Of a stretch of 64,000 bases of DNA, positions 45,147 through 53,639 are shown one piece after another (the first letter of the stretch is position 1; each line of letters begins with the position of its first letter). The notes under the pieces are model-generated. The model had not been told where the DNA came from and made no database searches. It saw nothing but the letters and a program-made list of their open reading frames with translations. Origin of the DNA: an uncultured Alphaproteobacteria bacterium. GTDB lineage: Bacteria; Pseudomonadota; Alphaproteobacteria; Sphingomonadales; SMXR01. The stretch is from assembly GCA_937126915.1 (NCBI GenBank), contig CAKZLM010000017.1:1357-65356 (forward strand), in the 5' to 3' direction. The position numbers were made by a program, and so were the translations under genes.

Positions 45147-45611
45147 ATGTCTGTTGCAAATCGTTTAAAAGAATTAGGCCTAGACCTGCCAAAACCTGTA
45201 GCACCTGTTGCGACTTACGTACCTTACGTCATCACGGGTAATCTTATCAGTGTGTCAGGACAAATTCCTGTTCGCCCTGATGGCTCCATGCCGACAGGTA
45301 AAGTTGGACAAGACCTTAGCCTTGAAGAAGCCCAACAAGTGGCGCGTCAATGTGGCATCAACATTTTGGCACAGCTAAATGCTGCTCTTGATGGTGATCT
45401 AGAGCGCGTTAAACGCATTGTACGCCTCGGTATTTTTGTTAACTGTGTGGATGGTTATGGCGACCAACCAAAAGTTGGGAATGGTGCCTCTGACTTGATG
45501 GTGGATGTATTTGGCGATGCGGGCCGTCACAGTCGTGCGGCGGTTGGCGTTAATGCCCTGCCGCTTAATGTGCCCGTTGAAATTGATGCCTTGGTAGAAA
45601 TTTCTGATTAA
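45147..45611 (+). CDS. RidA/YjgF-family protein
   Basis: The internal Met start gives MSVANRLKELGLDLPKPVAPVATYVPYV..., typical of this RidA subfamily. The ORF-track start at 45021 would run across two terminator hairpins. Confidence 0.85.
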   Translation: MSVANRLKELGLDLPKPVAPVATYVPYVITGNLISVSGQIPVRPDGSMPTGKVGQDLSLEEAQQVARQCGINILAQLNAALDGDLERVKRIVRLGIFVNCVDGYGDQPKVGNGASDLMVDVFGDAGRHSRAAVGVNALPLNVPVEIDALVEISD

Positions 45612-45695
45612 TCCAGCACGATTTATTTAGAGTATACACGAACGGGGCTGGACAATACGTCTTGCCCCGTTTTCTTTAACCCCAAAACAAAAGAT

Positions 45696-46838
45696 ATGCA
45701 CCAAACGATCATGCCCATGTATGTAAAAACCCACAGTAGCCTGACCGAACTTTCAGCAGATAACTGGAGTTCGCTGGCAGGAGATAATCCGTTTTTGTCG
45801 TGGGAATTTATGCTGGCGTTAGAGCAATCTGGCTGTGTTAGCGCGGAAACAGGTTGGCTGCCGCATCACCTAAGCCTGCATGACGATAGTGATCAATTGC
45901 TGGGCATCATGCCACTTTATTTAAAAAGCCACAGCCAAGGCGAATATGTTTTTGATCACAATTGGGCCGAGGCCTTTCAACGCGCTGGCGGGCAATATTA
46001 TCCTAAACTGCAATCATCAGTGCCTTTTACACCCGTAACGGGGCCACGGTTATTGGCAAAAACCAAAGAACACAAAACCCTGCTAGCTATGGGGGCAGCA
46101 GAACTTTGTCAAAAGCAAAACCTCTCCAGCCTGCATATTACCTTTTTAGGCGACGATGATTTGGCGGTCCTTGAAAACACCCCCTACCTGATCAGGTCTG
46201 ATCAACAATTTCATTGGAATAATGATAATTACGCCAGCTTTGATGACTTTTTAGCTAGTCTGTCATCACGCAAACGCAAAAACATCAGAAAAGAGCGCAA
46301 AACAGCCACCCAAAACAACATCAGCATCCGTCATTTGACGGGTGATGACATTAAAGAACACCATTGGGATGATTATTTTGAGTTTTACATCAACACCAGC
46401 ATGCGCAAATGGGGAAGACCCTATTTAAACCGCGAGTTTTTCTCAACCATTGGAGAAACAATGGCGGATAAAATTGTGTTAATGTTGGCAGAAAGAGAAG
46501 GGCGATACATCGCCGGGGCCTTAAACTTTTTAGGGCCAGACACCCTTTATGGGCGCTATTGGGGGGCGATTGAACATCACCCCTGCCTGCATTTTGAACT
46601 GTGTTATTATCAAGCCATTGATTACGCTATCAGCCATAAATTAGACCGTGTTGAGGCTGGTGCCCAAGGCGAACATAAGCTCGCCCGTGGCTATGTTCCA
46701 ACCAAAACACAATCTGCCCATTTTATATCTGATCCCAATTTCCGCTCAGCCGTTGCTGACTATTTGGATCATGAAACCAATATGGTTGATCAACACATCA
46801 AAGCCCTTAACAACTTCACACCCTTCAAAAAAAGTTAA
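45696..46838 (+). CDS. FemAB-like / DUF482 GNAT-fold acyltransferase (PF04339-type)
   Basis: 380-aa ORF with NPFLSWEFMLALEQSGCV, PLYLKSHSQGEYVFDHNWAEAFQRAGGQYYPKL and PFTPVTGPRLL blocks characteristic of this family. Confidence 0.78.
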   Translation: MHQTIMPMYVKTHSSLTELSADNWSSLAGDNPFLSWEFMLALEQSGCVSAETGWLPHHLSLHDDSDQLLGIMPLYLKSHSQGEYVFDHNWAEAFQRAGGQYYPKLQSSVPFTPVTGPRLLAKTKEHKTLLAMGAAELCQKQNLSSLHITFLGDDDLAVLENTPYLIRSDQQFHWNNDNYASFDDFLASLSSRKRKNIRKERKTATQNNISIRHLTGDDIKEHHWDDYFEFYINTSMRKWGRPYLNREFFSTIGETMADKIVLMLAEREGRYIAGALNFLGPDTLYGRYWGAIEHHPCLHFELCYYQAIDYAISHKLDRVEAGAQGEHKLARGYVPTKTQSAHFISDPNFRSAVADYLDHETNMVDQHIKALNNFTPFKKS

Positions 46839-47155
46839 TCCCAAAAGGGGTTTTGAAATTTTACCGCAACACCTGCTGCGATAAATATCATGATCAATGT
46901 GGTGGTCCATTTAACCACCGTGCGCCACATGGTACGACGGGTTTCACGCCAACTGTCCAAGAGGTTTCTAAGGTCGCGCATATCGTTACTGGCACGATCA
47001 TCATGCAATCCAATGCGGGCTAAGGCCCGCTTGGCCCCAAGGTCACTGGCTTCTTCGATCAGGGCTTGCAGATGCTGGATCGACAAACCCTCTTCATGCG
47101 CTGCCTGCCCTAAGGCCGCAAGGGTGCGGCCTGGATCTTCTTCATCAGCCTTCAT
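46835..47155 (-). CDS. Small C-terminally membrane-anchored protein downstream of the portal gene (possibly the DUF6127/g3.5-like GTA-associated family)
   Basis: ATG at 47155 with an AAGGA RBS, overlapping the portal gene end. C-terminal TM segment (WTTTLIMIFIAAGVAV). The family assignment is tentative. Confidence 0.5.
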   Translation of the reverse strand: MKADEEDPGRTLAALGQAAHEEGLSIQHLQALIEEASDLGAKRALARIGLHDDRASNDMRDLRNLLDSWRETRRTMWRTVVKWTTTLIMIFIAAGVAVKFQNPFWD

Positions 47156-48389
47156 CTTTAACATCCTTAACCACATCACGCATCGGTGCGAAACCAAGGG
47201 CCTCGCGCTTTTCATCAACCGTTAAAAAATCAGCCTCACCAATGCGTTTCCATAGGGCTTCACGCTCACTTTGCAAGGCTGGAATGGCGTCACGGTCAAC
47301 CCGCAATTCAAGCTCAGAACCAAACTTTGGCACCAACCAACTGTTAAGCGCAGCAGCGGTTTTCTCTAACAAAGGCAATAGGGTTAAACGCCACAAGGCG
47401 CGATTGGCTTCGGCATAATTGGCATAGGTATTATCGCCCGGAATACCCAACAACATGGGTGGCACACCAAAAGCCAAGGCAATTTCTCTCGCCGATACAT
47501 GCTTGGCATTGATAAATTCCATATCCGCAGGACTAAAAGCAATTTGTTGCCATTTAAGCCCCCCTTCAAGCAAGAAAGGCCGCCCTGCATTACTAGCCCC
47601 CATATAATGGCTTTCCAGTTCGTTTTTCAAGCGATCAAACTGTTCATCGGTTAAGCTGGATGATTGCCCCTCGCCCGGCTCAAACACCAAGGCACCTGAG
47701 GGCCGTGCTGCGTTATCAAATAAGGCCTTGTTCCAACCCGACGCTGCATTATGAATATCAACGCCATATGCCGCCGCTTCAAGTGGGCTAAGACCGTACC
47801 AGTCATCGGTTGGATGAAAGGTTTTAAGATGCAGCACAGGGCTTTCGCCGGTAATGAAGTCAACCGGAAAACTATGGGTTTTAGCGCCAACCTTATAATC
47901 ATAGCGAACAGGAAAGCCCTTGCTGCCCGGAACAATCTGCATTCGGTCAGGCCTTAAGGTATAAATTTCGGCAACATGCCCACTGGCATTGGCAACACCT
48001 TCTAACCAACCATTTCCGGCAATTTGCAAATAACTGTAAAAACTTTCCAATAAATCTTTACCTGATTGTAAGGGATTAGGTTTTACCAACAAATCTAATA
48101 AAGCATGGTGCTTGATAGGTTGGCCCCCGCGATAAAGCTTGAAAGGGATGGATGCTGCACTTTCTGCGACAATTTTCACAGCGCGGTTGGCTATAACATT
48201 TTTCCGATAACCTTCTTTAGCAAGGTTTTCATAATTACGGTTGGTCCATTGCGGCTGCTTAAGACCCAGCCAATGGGTCGCACTTGCAGAGGTTTTTAGG
48301 CCGCCAATGGCGCTAGCCTTTTGTTCAACCAAGGCTGTGGTACCGTTTGCACCACGCACTTTTGTGATAAATGATTTGATTAAAGACAT
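47145..48389 (-). CDS. Phage portal protein, HK97/GTA family
   Basis: Start at MSLIKSF (48389) with an AAGGAG RBS. Portal family blocks are present (NPLQSG..LLES.Y..LQI.GN.WLE, EPGEG...LTDEQF.RLK.ELE, FGVPP.LLG). Confidence 0.9.
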   Translation of the reverse strand: MSLIKSFITKVRGANGTTALVEQKASAIGGLKTSASATHWLGLKQPQWTNRNYENLAKEGYRKNVIANRAVKIVAESAASIPFKLYRGGQPIKHHALLDLLVKPNPLQSGKDLLESFYSYLQIAGNGWLEGVANASGHVAEIYTLRPDRMQIVPGSKGFPVRYDYKVGAKTHSFPVDFITGESPVLHLKTFHPTDDWYGLSPLEAAAYGVDIHNAASGWNKALFDNAARPSGALVFEPGEGQSSSLTDEQFDRLKNELESHYMGASNAGRPFLLEGGLKWQQIAFSPADMEFINAKHVSAREIALAFGVPPMLLGIPGDNTYANYAEANRALWRLTLLPLLEKTAAALNSWLVPKFGSELELRVDRDAIPALQSEREALWKRIGEADFLTVDEKREALGFAPMRDVVKDVKDEG

Positions 48390-48581
48390 ATCTGTCTCTC
48401 CTTTAAGTCGCCACATTGTGGTGGCAAATAATGTTCATAAGAGAAGCCTTGGCGATGCTCGAAAATATCGCCACAAGCCATGAAATGGGGATTGCGCTTT
48501 TGGGGTAAGGGCTGTATGTTGCCGTCACATTCAGCCTCTCGCAAAGGCCTGAACAAACTATTGGAAAGGAAACGCCGAACC

Positions 48582-49049
48582 ATGAACGCTAAAAAAACAA
48601 TTGCAGCCCTAGCAACCGGCCTTTTAATGGCGGTATCAGGTGCAACCGTTTCATGGGCGCAAGACCTTCCAACCAATCCGGTTGAGCAATCAACACCGCG
48701 GACCGCTGCACCAATAACCAGCAGCCCCGTGGCACAGGATTGTGGTTTCCCTCCACAAGAAAAGCCGGTTATCCCATCAGGTGCCATTGCCAACCGCACC
48801 CAAATGAATGCGGCTATTTCTGGTATTCGCACCTATGGTACCTTGGTAAATAATTATCTTAACTGTATGGAGGCCAATCGCGAAAAAATGTTCGTTCATA
48901 TGAACAAAGAACAACGCGATCGCTGGATTGATGACTTCAATGGCGTGGCTGATGAATTAGAAGTTCTTCAAAACAAAATTAACGAAGAAATTCGTGCCTT
49001 CAATCGCTCTTCCAACAACAGTGAAGGCGGCACCATTCAAAACAACTAA
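48582..49049 (+). CDS. Hypothetical exported protein
   Basis: The internal Met start gives the signal peptide MNAKKTIAALATGLLMAVSGATVSWA/QD. It has two Cys residues and a coiled-coil-like C-terminus. It lies on the opposite strand inside the phage-like cluster. Confidence 0.6.
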   Translation: MNAKKTIAALATGLLMAVSGATVSWAQDLPTNPVEQSTPRTAAPITSSPVAQDCGFPPQEKPVIPSGAIANRTQMNAAISGIRTYGTLVNNYLNCMEANREKMFVHMNKEQRDRWIDDFNGVADELEVLQNKINEEIRAFNRSSNNSEGGTIQNN

Positions 49050-49070
49050 ACCCCTTTTGCTTAGTCAGTT

Positions 49071-50255
49071 TTAGTAACGATTGCCACGCAAGCTTTCATA
49101 AACCATGGCTTTTGCAGTTGCGGCAATTTGTGGCGCAGCTTGGTAAATTTCTGCACGAACGGTGTTTTTCACATCCGGCGTAAAATGCACATTTTGCACC
49201 ATGTTCATCGCAGGTTTTGCCCCTGCACCAGCACCCTCTCCTAAGGAGCGCGCCACAGTTCCAGCATGATCAGGAATAAAAATTTCAGGGCGCTTTTCCC
49301 CCACTAAATAAGGCGTTCCTGCTGACACACGACCACCCGTTTCACGGCCAAAGAAACTGCCAAGCAAGCCACCTAGCCCACCACCACTGGCAGCGCCAAG
49401 ATCAGAAAAGCCAAACATCATCGGGATAAGCTTTTGAACCAGCATATTCTTAGCCATTTGCTTCAATTGTTTACCCAGTGATTTAATCGAAAACTCACCA
49501 CTTTGTAACATCGCGTCAAAGGCACCAATGGCATTATCCTTGAAAGCCTCAATCTCGATGTTCCATGCTTCCATGGTGATCTTTTTATCGTCCAAAACAT
49601 CTTTGACCTCATCGTTTTTTTTATCCAACGATACATTGCTGCCGTTTATACCGCCATTAAAGCCATTAGCAAGGGTTGCAGATGCCTCAATTGGGGTCAT
49701 TAAACCAGTTTCACCATCCACCGTTAAACCAGCCTTTTCAAGTACTTGGTTAAGCAGATCAAACAGTTGTTGAAAATCATCACTACAAGGGCATTCCTTT
49801 TCCATCAAGGCAGTTGCTTCGGTGGATAATGTGTCAAAATCTTCCGGCGATGTCACCGTTTTAAGGGCCTCAACGGCTTTACCTGTCACAGTTGATGGCC
49901 TCACCCCTTCCCCTTTTGTGGGTAGTAATTCTGCAAAGGCTGCTTTCAAAATATTTCGGGTTTCTTCTTCAGACGCTTTCAAATCAGTAATGACTTTTTC
50001 ATTGGCTGACATTAAGACTGATTTAATCGCCGCAGGATTGGTTTCACCCAAAGTGATTAAAGCATCTAATTTGGTAAGCATGGCATCCATTTTACCTTGG
50101 CCTTGATTGCCACCCGTTTCTTCGCCTACCAATTCATCTTTGGGCAGAACATTATTCTCTTGCCCCTCTTTAGAGTTTGCTCCGCCAACAGCGTTTTTGA
50201 TGGCATCAACACTGGTGTTAATATTTGTCAAAATATCTGAAATACAGGGCATCAT
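49071..50255 (-). CDS. Phage tail tape-measure-like protein
   Basis: 394-aa ORF. Helical, low-complexity N-terminal part and a Gly-rich C-terminal motif typical of GTA/siphovirus tape-measure C-termini (GGLGGLLGSFFGRETGGRVSAGTPYLVGEKRPEIFIP). ATGA overlap with the upstream gene. Confidence 0.72.
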   Translation of the reverse strand: MMPCISDILTNINTSVDAIKNAVGGANSKEGQENNVLPKDELVGEETGGNQGQGKMDAMLTKLDALITLGETNPAAIKSVLMSANEKVITDLKASEEETRNILKAAFAELLPTKGEGVRPSTVTGKAVEALKTVTSPEDFDTLSTEATALMEKECPCSDDFQQLFDLLNQVLEKAGLTVDGETGLMTPIEASATLANGFNGGINGSNVSLDKKNDEVKDVLDDKKITMEAWNIEIEAFKDNAIGAFDAMLQSGEFSIKSLGKQLKQMAKNMLVQKLIPMMFGFSDLGAASGGGLGGLLGSFFGRETGGRVSAGTPYLVGEKRPEIFIPDHAGTVARSLGEGAGAGAKPAMNMVQNVHFTPDVKNTVRAEIYQAAPQIAATAKAMVYESLRGNRY

Positions 50256-50458
50256 TGTCTCCTATCTTTTAATTTCTTGATTGTTTCAGGCTCGCCATGC
50301 TTTTCCAGCAGGGTCAAAAACTCTTCCCGTTTCATGGGGTTTTTTGCTCTAACACCCAGTTTTTCCATCAAGCCATCTAGGGCTGCGTTAAATTCCCATG
50401 GGGTTGCTCGCCAAAAATCTGTTGGGGTCCAGTTCAAATAGGCACTGGCTATGCCCAA
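50252..50458 (-). CDS. Phage tail assembly chaperone-like small protein (rcc01693-type)
   Basis: 68-aa ORF. The W.P.DFWRATPWEF.AAL.G pattern and its position between the GTA-family protein and the tape measure support the call. Confidence 0.6.
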   Translation of the reverse strand: MGIASAYLNWTPTDFWRATPWEFNAALDGLMEKLGVRAKNPMKREEFLTLLEKHGEPETIKKLKDRRQ

Positions 50459-50496
50459 ATAGTCATAAAAAGGAAATTTGGTCAGCGGCTCCTTTT

Positions 50497-50826
50497 CTAG
50501 GCCGCTATCCCCTTTCCCTTTTTACCACCGCTTAAAGCAAGTGATATAAAGCGCGCCATCGACTGGTTGGCTTCCGCTTGATTGTGTCGAATCCACACTT
50601 CAACCGCCTTAATATCTTCAATCGGATCAACAGCCATATAATGTAGCAACTCCAATATCTCTGAGACACTCGCTTGGTTGGTGGTTAGACGCTCAATAAC
50701 GGGGATAAGACTGCGGTCAATTTGGTTTTCCACCTTCAACAAGGTTTCAAAAGTTGGCACCATCCAGATCACTTGTTTTTCAATGATTAGTTTGGCTTCA
50801 TTACGGGCTTCAAAAAATGTTAACAT
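50497..50826 (-). CDS. Gene-transfer-agent-family protein (tail assembly chaperone position)
   Basis: Assigned from its position after the major tail gene, its size (about 109 aa from the internal Met) and a helical LL..E pattern. The start is uncertain; the alternative is GTG at 50898. Confidence 0.55.
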   Translation of the reverse strand: MLTFFEARNEAKLIIEKQVIWMVPTFETLLKVENQIDRSLIPVIERLTTNQASVSEILELLHYMAVDPIEDIKAVEVWIRHNQAEANQSMARFISLALSGGKKGKGIAA

Positions 50827-50954
50827 ATCTTTCTCACTCTTCTCATAGCTATAAAAAGCCTGAGGCAGGGTTTGAGCTACAATCAATTTAGCAGCCACCT
50901 AAACCCAACCTCAGGTCAGTTTCACCAGAAATGGAAATCTTAAATGTTAGGGGG

Positions 50955-51368
50955 TTAGTTAGCAGTGAAAGTTACAGCACCGGATGATTCCAGTGAAATG
51001 CTGTAAGTTACCTCACCATTGTGTTCACCAGAAAACTCAAGGCTGGTGACCTGAAACTCAGCTTCATAGGTCCCAAAATCTGGCACAACAATTTGCCATT
51101 TATGAAGGGCTTTTGATCGCGCCAAGCCCTCCACATTGGTGAATGTGGTATCGTCCATAAAGACACCACTGCCAGATGTGGAAAAGGATTGCACACCCCC
51201 ACCTGATAACAATTCACGCATATTGTTGCTGGACTTAGACGTGATGTCGATGGTTTCATTGTTCATGCTGAACGAGTTTGAGCGAAACCCACCGACATCT
51301 AAATATGTCCCTGGGGTGCCGCTGTCTTCAATTTTCAATAAAAAGTCTTTACCGTGTTGAGCAGCCAT
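50955..51368 (-). CDS. Phage major tail protein, TP901-1 family
   Basis: 137-aa ORF with a typical N-terminus (GKDFLLKIEDSGTPGTYLDVGGFRSNSFSMNNETIDITSK). Confidence 0.85.
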   Translation of the reverse strand: MAAQHGKDFLLKIEDSGTPGTYLDVGGFRSNSFSMNNETIDITSKSSNNMRELLSGGGVQSFSTSGSGVFMDDTTFTNVEGLARSKALHKWQIVVPDFGTYEAEFQVTSLEFSGEHNGEVTYSISLESSGAVTFTAN

Positions 51369-51397
51369 TTGGCTTCTCCTTTCTTTCAGTTGTTGAT

Positions 51398-51436
51398 AAA
51401 AAAAATGCCCAACTTTGGCACGATGCCAAAGTTAGG
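51398..51436 (-). terminator. Strong intrinsic terminator inside the phage-like cluster
   Basis: The minus strand reads GCCTAACTTTGGCA-TCG-TGCCAAAGTTGGGC followed by eight T. It lies between orf 51525..51872 and the major tail gene. Confidence 0.7.
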
Positions 51437-51524
51437 CGGTAGAGTTGGCTTTAAGCCAGCGAGGAATGATCCCCCTTTTTCAATGGCCTTTCATCTAAAG
51501 GCTATTGAGAAAACTTTTATGTTG

Positions 51525-51872
51525 TTAAGTGTCGTTAGCCGCGTTCATCATCAAACCTGCTATCACTTTTTGTTGAAAGCTATCGGTTGAATGAAGTAAG
51601 TGCTGTTTTAAATAATCACCCATCGGATGGGGCATTTGATCCAAATTTTCAGCCCATTGAGGTAGCTTAGATTGCTGGTCAAAATAACCCTGCGCTTTTT
51701 TAAGCGGATTATCCATTGCCTTAAAATACTCAACAAACAACGTCTCCAACCAGTTTTCATGGAGGGCCAGCAAGGCATAAACCCGCGAAACTTCTTGTAT
51801 CATCTGATCTTCCATCATCTCTGGATCAGACATTTGTAAGTCTTTTAACTCTTTCATTTTAGACATGGTCAT
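51525..51872 (-). CDS. Hypothetical protein (no counterpart at this position in canonical GTA clusters as I remember them)
   Basis: ORF-only evidence. It is acidic and Met-rich, and is followed by its own terminator. Confidence 0.5.
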   Translation of the reverse strand: MTMSKMKELKDLQMSDPEMMEDQMIQEVSRVYALLALHENWLETLFVEYFKAMDNPLKKAQGYFDQQSKLPQWAENLDQMPHPMGDYLKQHLLHSTDSFQQKVIAGLMMNAANDT

Positions 51873-51892
51873 TCCTCTCTTTTGGGGCTAGG

Positions 51893-52300
51893 TTATTCTG
51901 TAGTAATGGCCTTAAAGCGCATAACCCCGTGATACAGCGGCTCAGGCCCTTCGGTATCGCGAAAATCTTCGGCATAATCAAAACGGATAAAAACCAAATG
52001 GTTATCGGTTACCGTCATATTTTGCTCATGAAGACAATTATGAATTAAACCCATAATTTCTTTCACCTGCATGCGGCCTGCATCATCGGACCAAATATCC
52101 AGAACAAAGGTGTGTTCCGCGCCGGTTGAGGTTTTGGTTGATTTATCGCGTACTGTGCCATCGCCCATCGTGATATATGGGTATAGGGCATCGGTGTCAG
52201 GCTCATCCCACACCGCATCAACAATCGCCATAATGGCGCTATCATTGGTTAGTTTTGTATAAACTGCGCTTTGCAATTCATAAGCTGCCATGGCTGACAT
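51893..52300 (-). CDS. DUF3168 phage tail-completion-like protein
   Basis: The pattern L..AVYT.L....A....V.....DEP......YPYIT.G.......K........H.F.L.IWS is typical of DUF3168/GTA proteins. Confidence 0.78.
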   Translation of the reverse strand: MSAMAAYELQSAVYTKLTNDSAIMAIVDAVWDEPDTDALYPYITMGDGTVRDKSTKTSTGAEHTFVLDIWSDDAGRMQVKEIMGLIHNCLHEQNMTVTDNHLVFIRFDYAEDFRDTEGPEPLYHGVMRFKAITTE

Positions 52301-52392
52301 GGTTCATTCTCCATAAAAAAACCACCCCAAAAATATTGGCGTGGTTGACATAACATAATTTAAAAACAATCCCTTAACTTAGGCTGTGATTG

Positions 52393-52722
52393 TTAGGTTT
52401 CTTCTTCACATTGAAACTGAATCCAATGATTTTCTTCGTTCACATTGATGGTGGATTTCACCACAAACTGGCGACTGCCATAATCAATGCGGCGGGTGGT
52501 TAAATAACTGGAGTGGTAAGGCACCATCAAAGTATGGGTCACAGGATATTCCATCCTTTCAGCCCGTTGAACCGCACCAAGTGGCTTTGGCTTTAAATCT
52601 GCCCAAACATTTGAGATAAGCTGCCAAGTCACGGTTTTGCGCCCACCCTCCCCAATCACTTGGAGGCGTTCATAAAGGCTAACGCGATGCTTCAAATTAT
52701 TATAATGAAGACCTAATTTCAT
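52393..52722 (-). CDS. Phage head-tail adaptor (head closure) protein
   Basis: 109-aa ORF. Size, position and the pattern (R..L......G..GG.........WA...P) fit the HK97-gp10/SPP1-gp16-like family. Confidence 0.75.
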   Translation of the reverse strand: MKLGLHYNNLKHRVSLYERLQVIGEGGRKTVTWQLISNVWADLKPKPLGAVQRAERMEYPVTHTLMVPYHSSYLTTRRIDYGSRQFVVKSTINVNEENHWIQFQCEEET

Positions 52723-53309
52723 ACCAACCTCCGCTTTCTGTAGGGCGACAATAATTCTGTAACACCAAAAGGAATAGGCTTAAGAGCGGCATCGGTCACG
52801 GGCAGGCGCGATTCATAAAAATGACTTACCAACTGGGTAATTGCTTGACGAATAACCGATGGAATATCACTGGGGTTTTCGCCAAACCCTGCCTGATAAT
52901 GAATTTCTATACCCTCAGGAAACCGCAGGGGTTGCGGCCATGATGTTGTTTCTTTGCGAAAAATTTGATCCAATGATTTGGCGACATAATAATTATCATT
53001 GTTCCAAATGGTTGGATTGCCTGCTTCATCATAAAGATAAATATTATCCACACCCATCAAGGGGCCAATGGGCACATCCAAGCTTCTAGCTGGGCTGTTT
53101 GATTTTCTGGCAGGCCAACGACTTAATTGCCAACCATAGGTGCGTTTGATCAAGGCCAAACCAAGATACTCTTCAACATAGCGTCGTGCAGCGGCAATTA
53201 AGTGCGATAAATAGTCATCGTCATCAACATGATCAATGCGCACATGCGATTTGACATCACTAAGGGAAACAGGCTCCACCAGGGGGCCCGTCAGCAAAAC
53301 AGGGTTCAT
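52719..53309 (-). CDS. Phage head-tail connector (gp6-like) protein
   Basis: Start at MNPVLL (53309) with a GGAGAA RBS. The block LSDVKSHVRIDHVDDDDYLSHLIAAARRYVEEYLG is the typical gp6-like connector N-terminus. 4-nt overlap with the adaptor gene. Confidence 0.8.
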   Translation of the reverse strand: MNPVLLTGPLVEPVSLSDVKSHVRIDHVDDDDYLSHLIAAARRYVEEYLGLALIKRTYGWQLSRWPARKSNSPARSLDVPIGPLMGVDNIYLYDEAGNPTIWNNDNYYVAKSLDQIFRKETTSWPQPLRFPEGIEIHYQAGFGENPSDIPSVIRQAITQLVSHFYESRLPVTDAALKPIPFGVTELLSPYRKRRLV

Positions 53310-53639
53310 TGTGATTCTCCAAATATAAAAAAAGCCACACACCCCATCATAGGGCCTGCGGCTGCGCTAAAAAATAACTAGCGAGAACATGAAAACCAGA
53401 ATGCTGAACGCAATACTGGCATTAACCACACTATAGCGAACCTGTGTGACGGTGTCAAGAAAATAATTATCCCTTATGGTTATATTTTATGTAAGAGGCA
53501 CCATCAACTAAGGTCATATTGGTTTTTGGGGTTTTGGTTTTTTGGAGGGGCTGATCTGATGATCCAGCGAATGGATACAAAAAAAGCCCCAATCAGCAAT
53601 GTGACAAGGGCTTTTACAATCACAAAAAGAAAAGAAACC

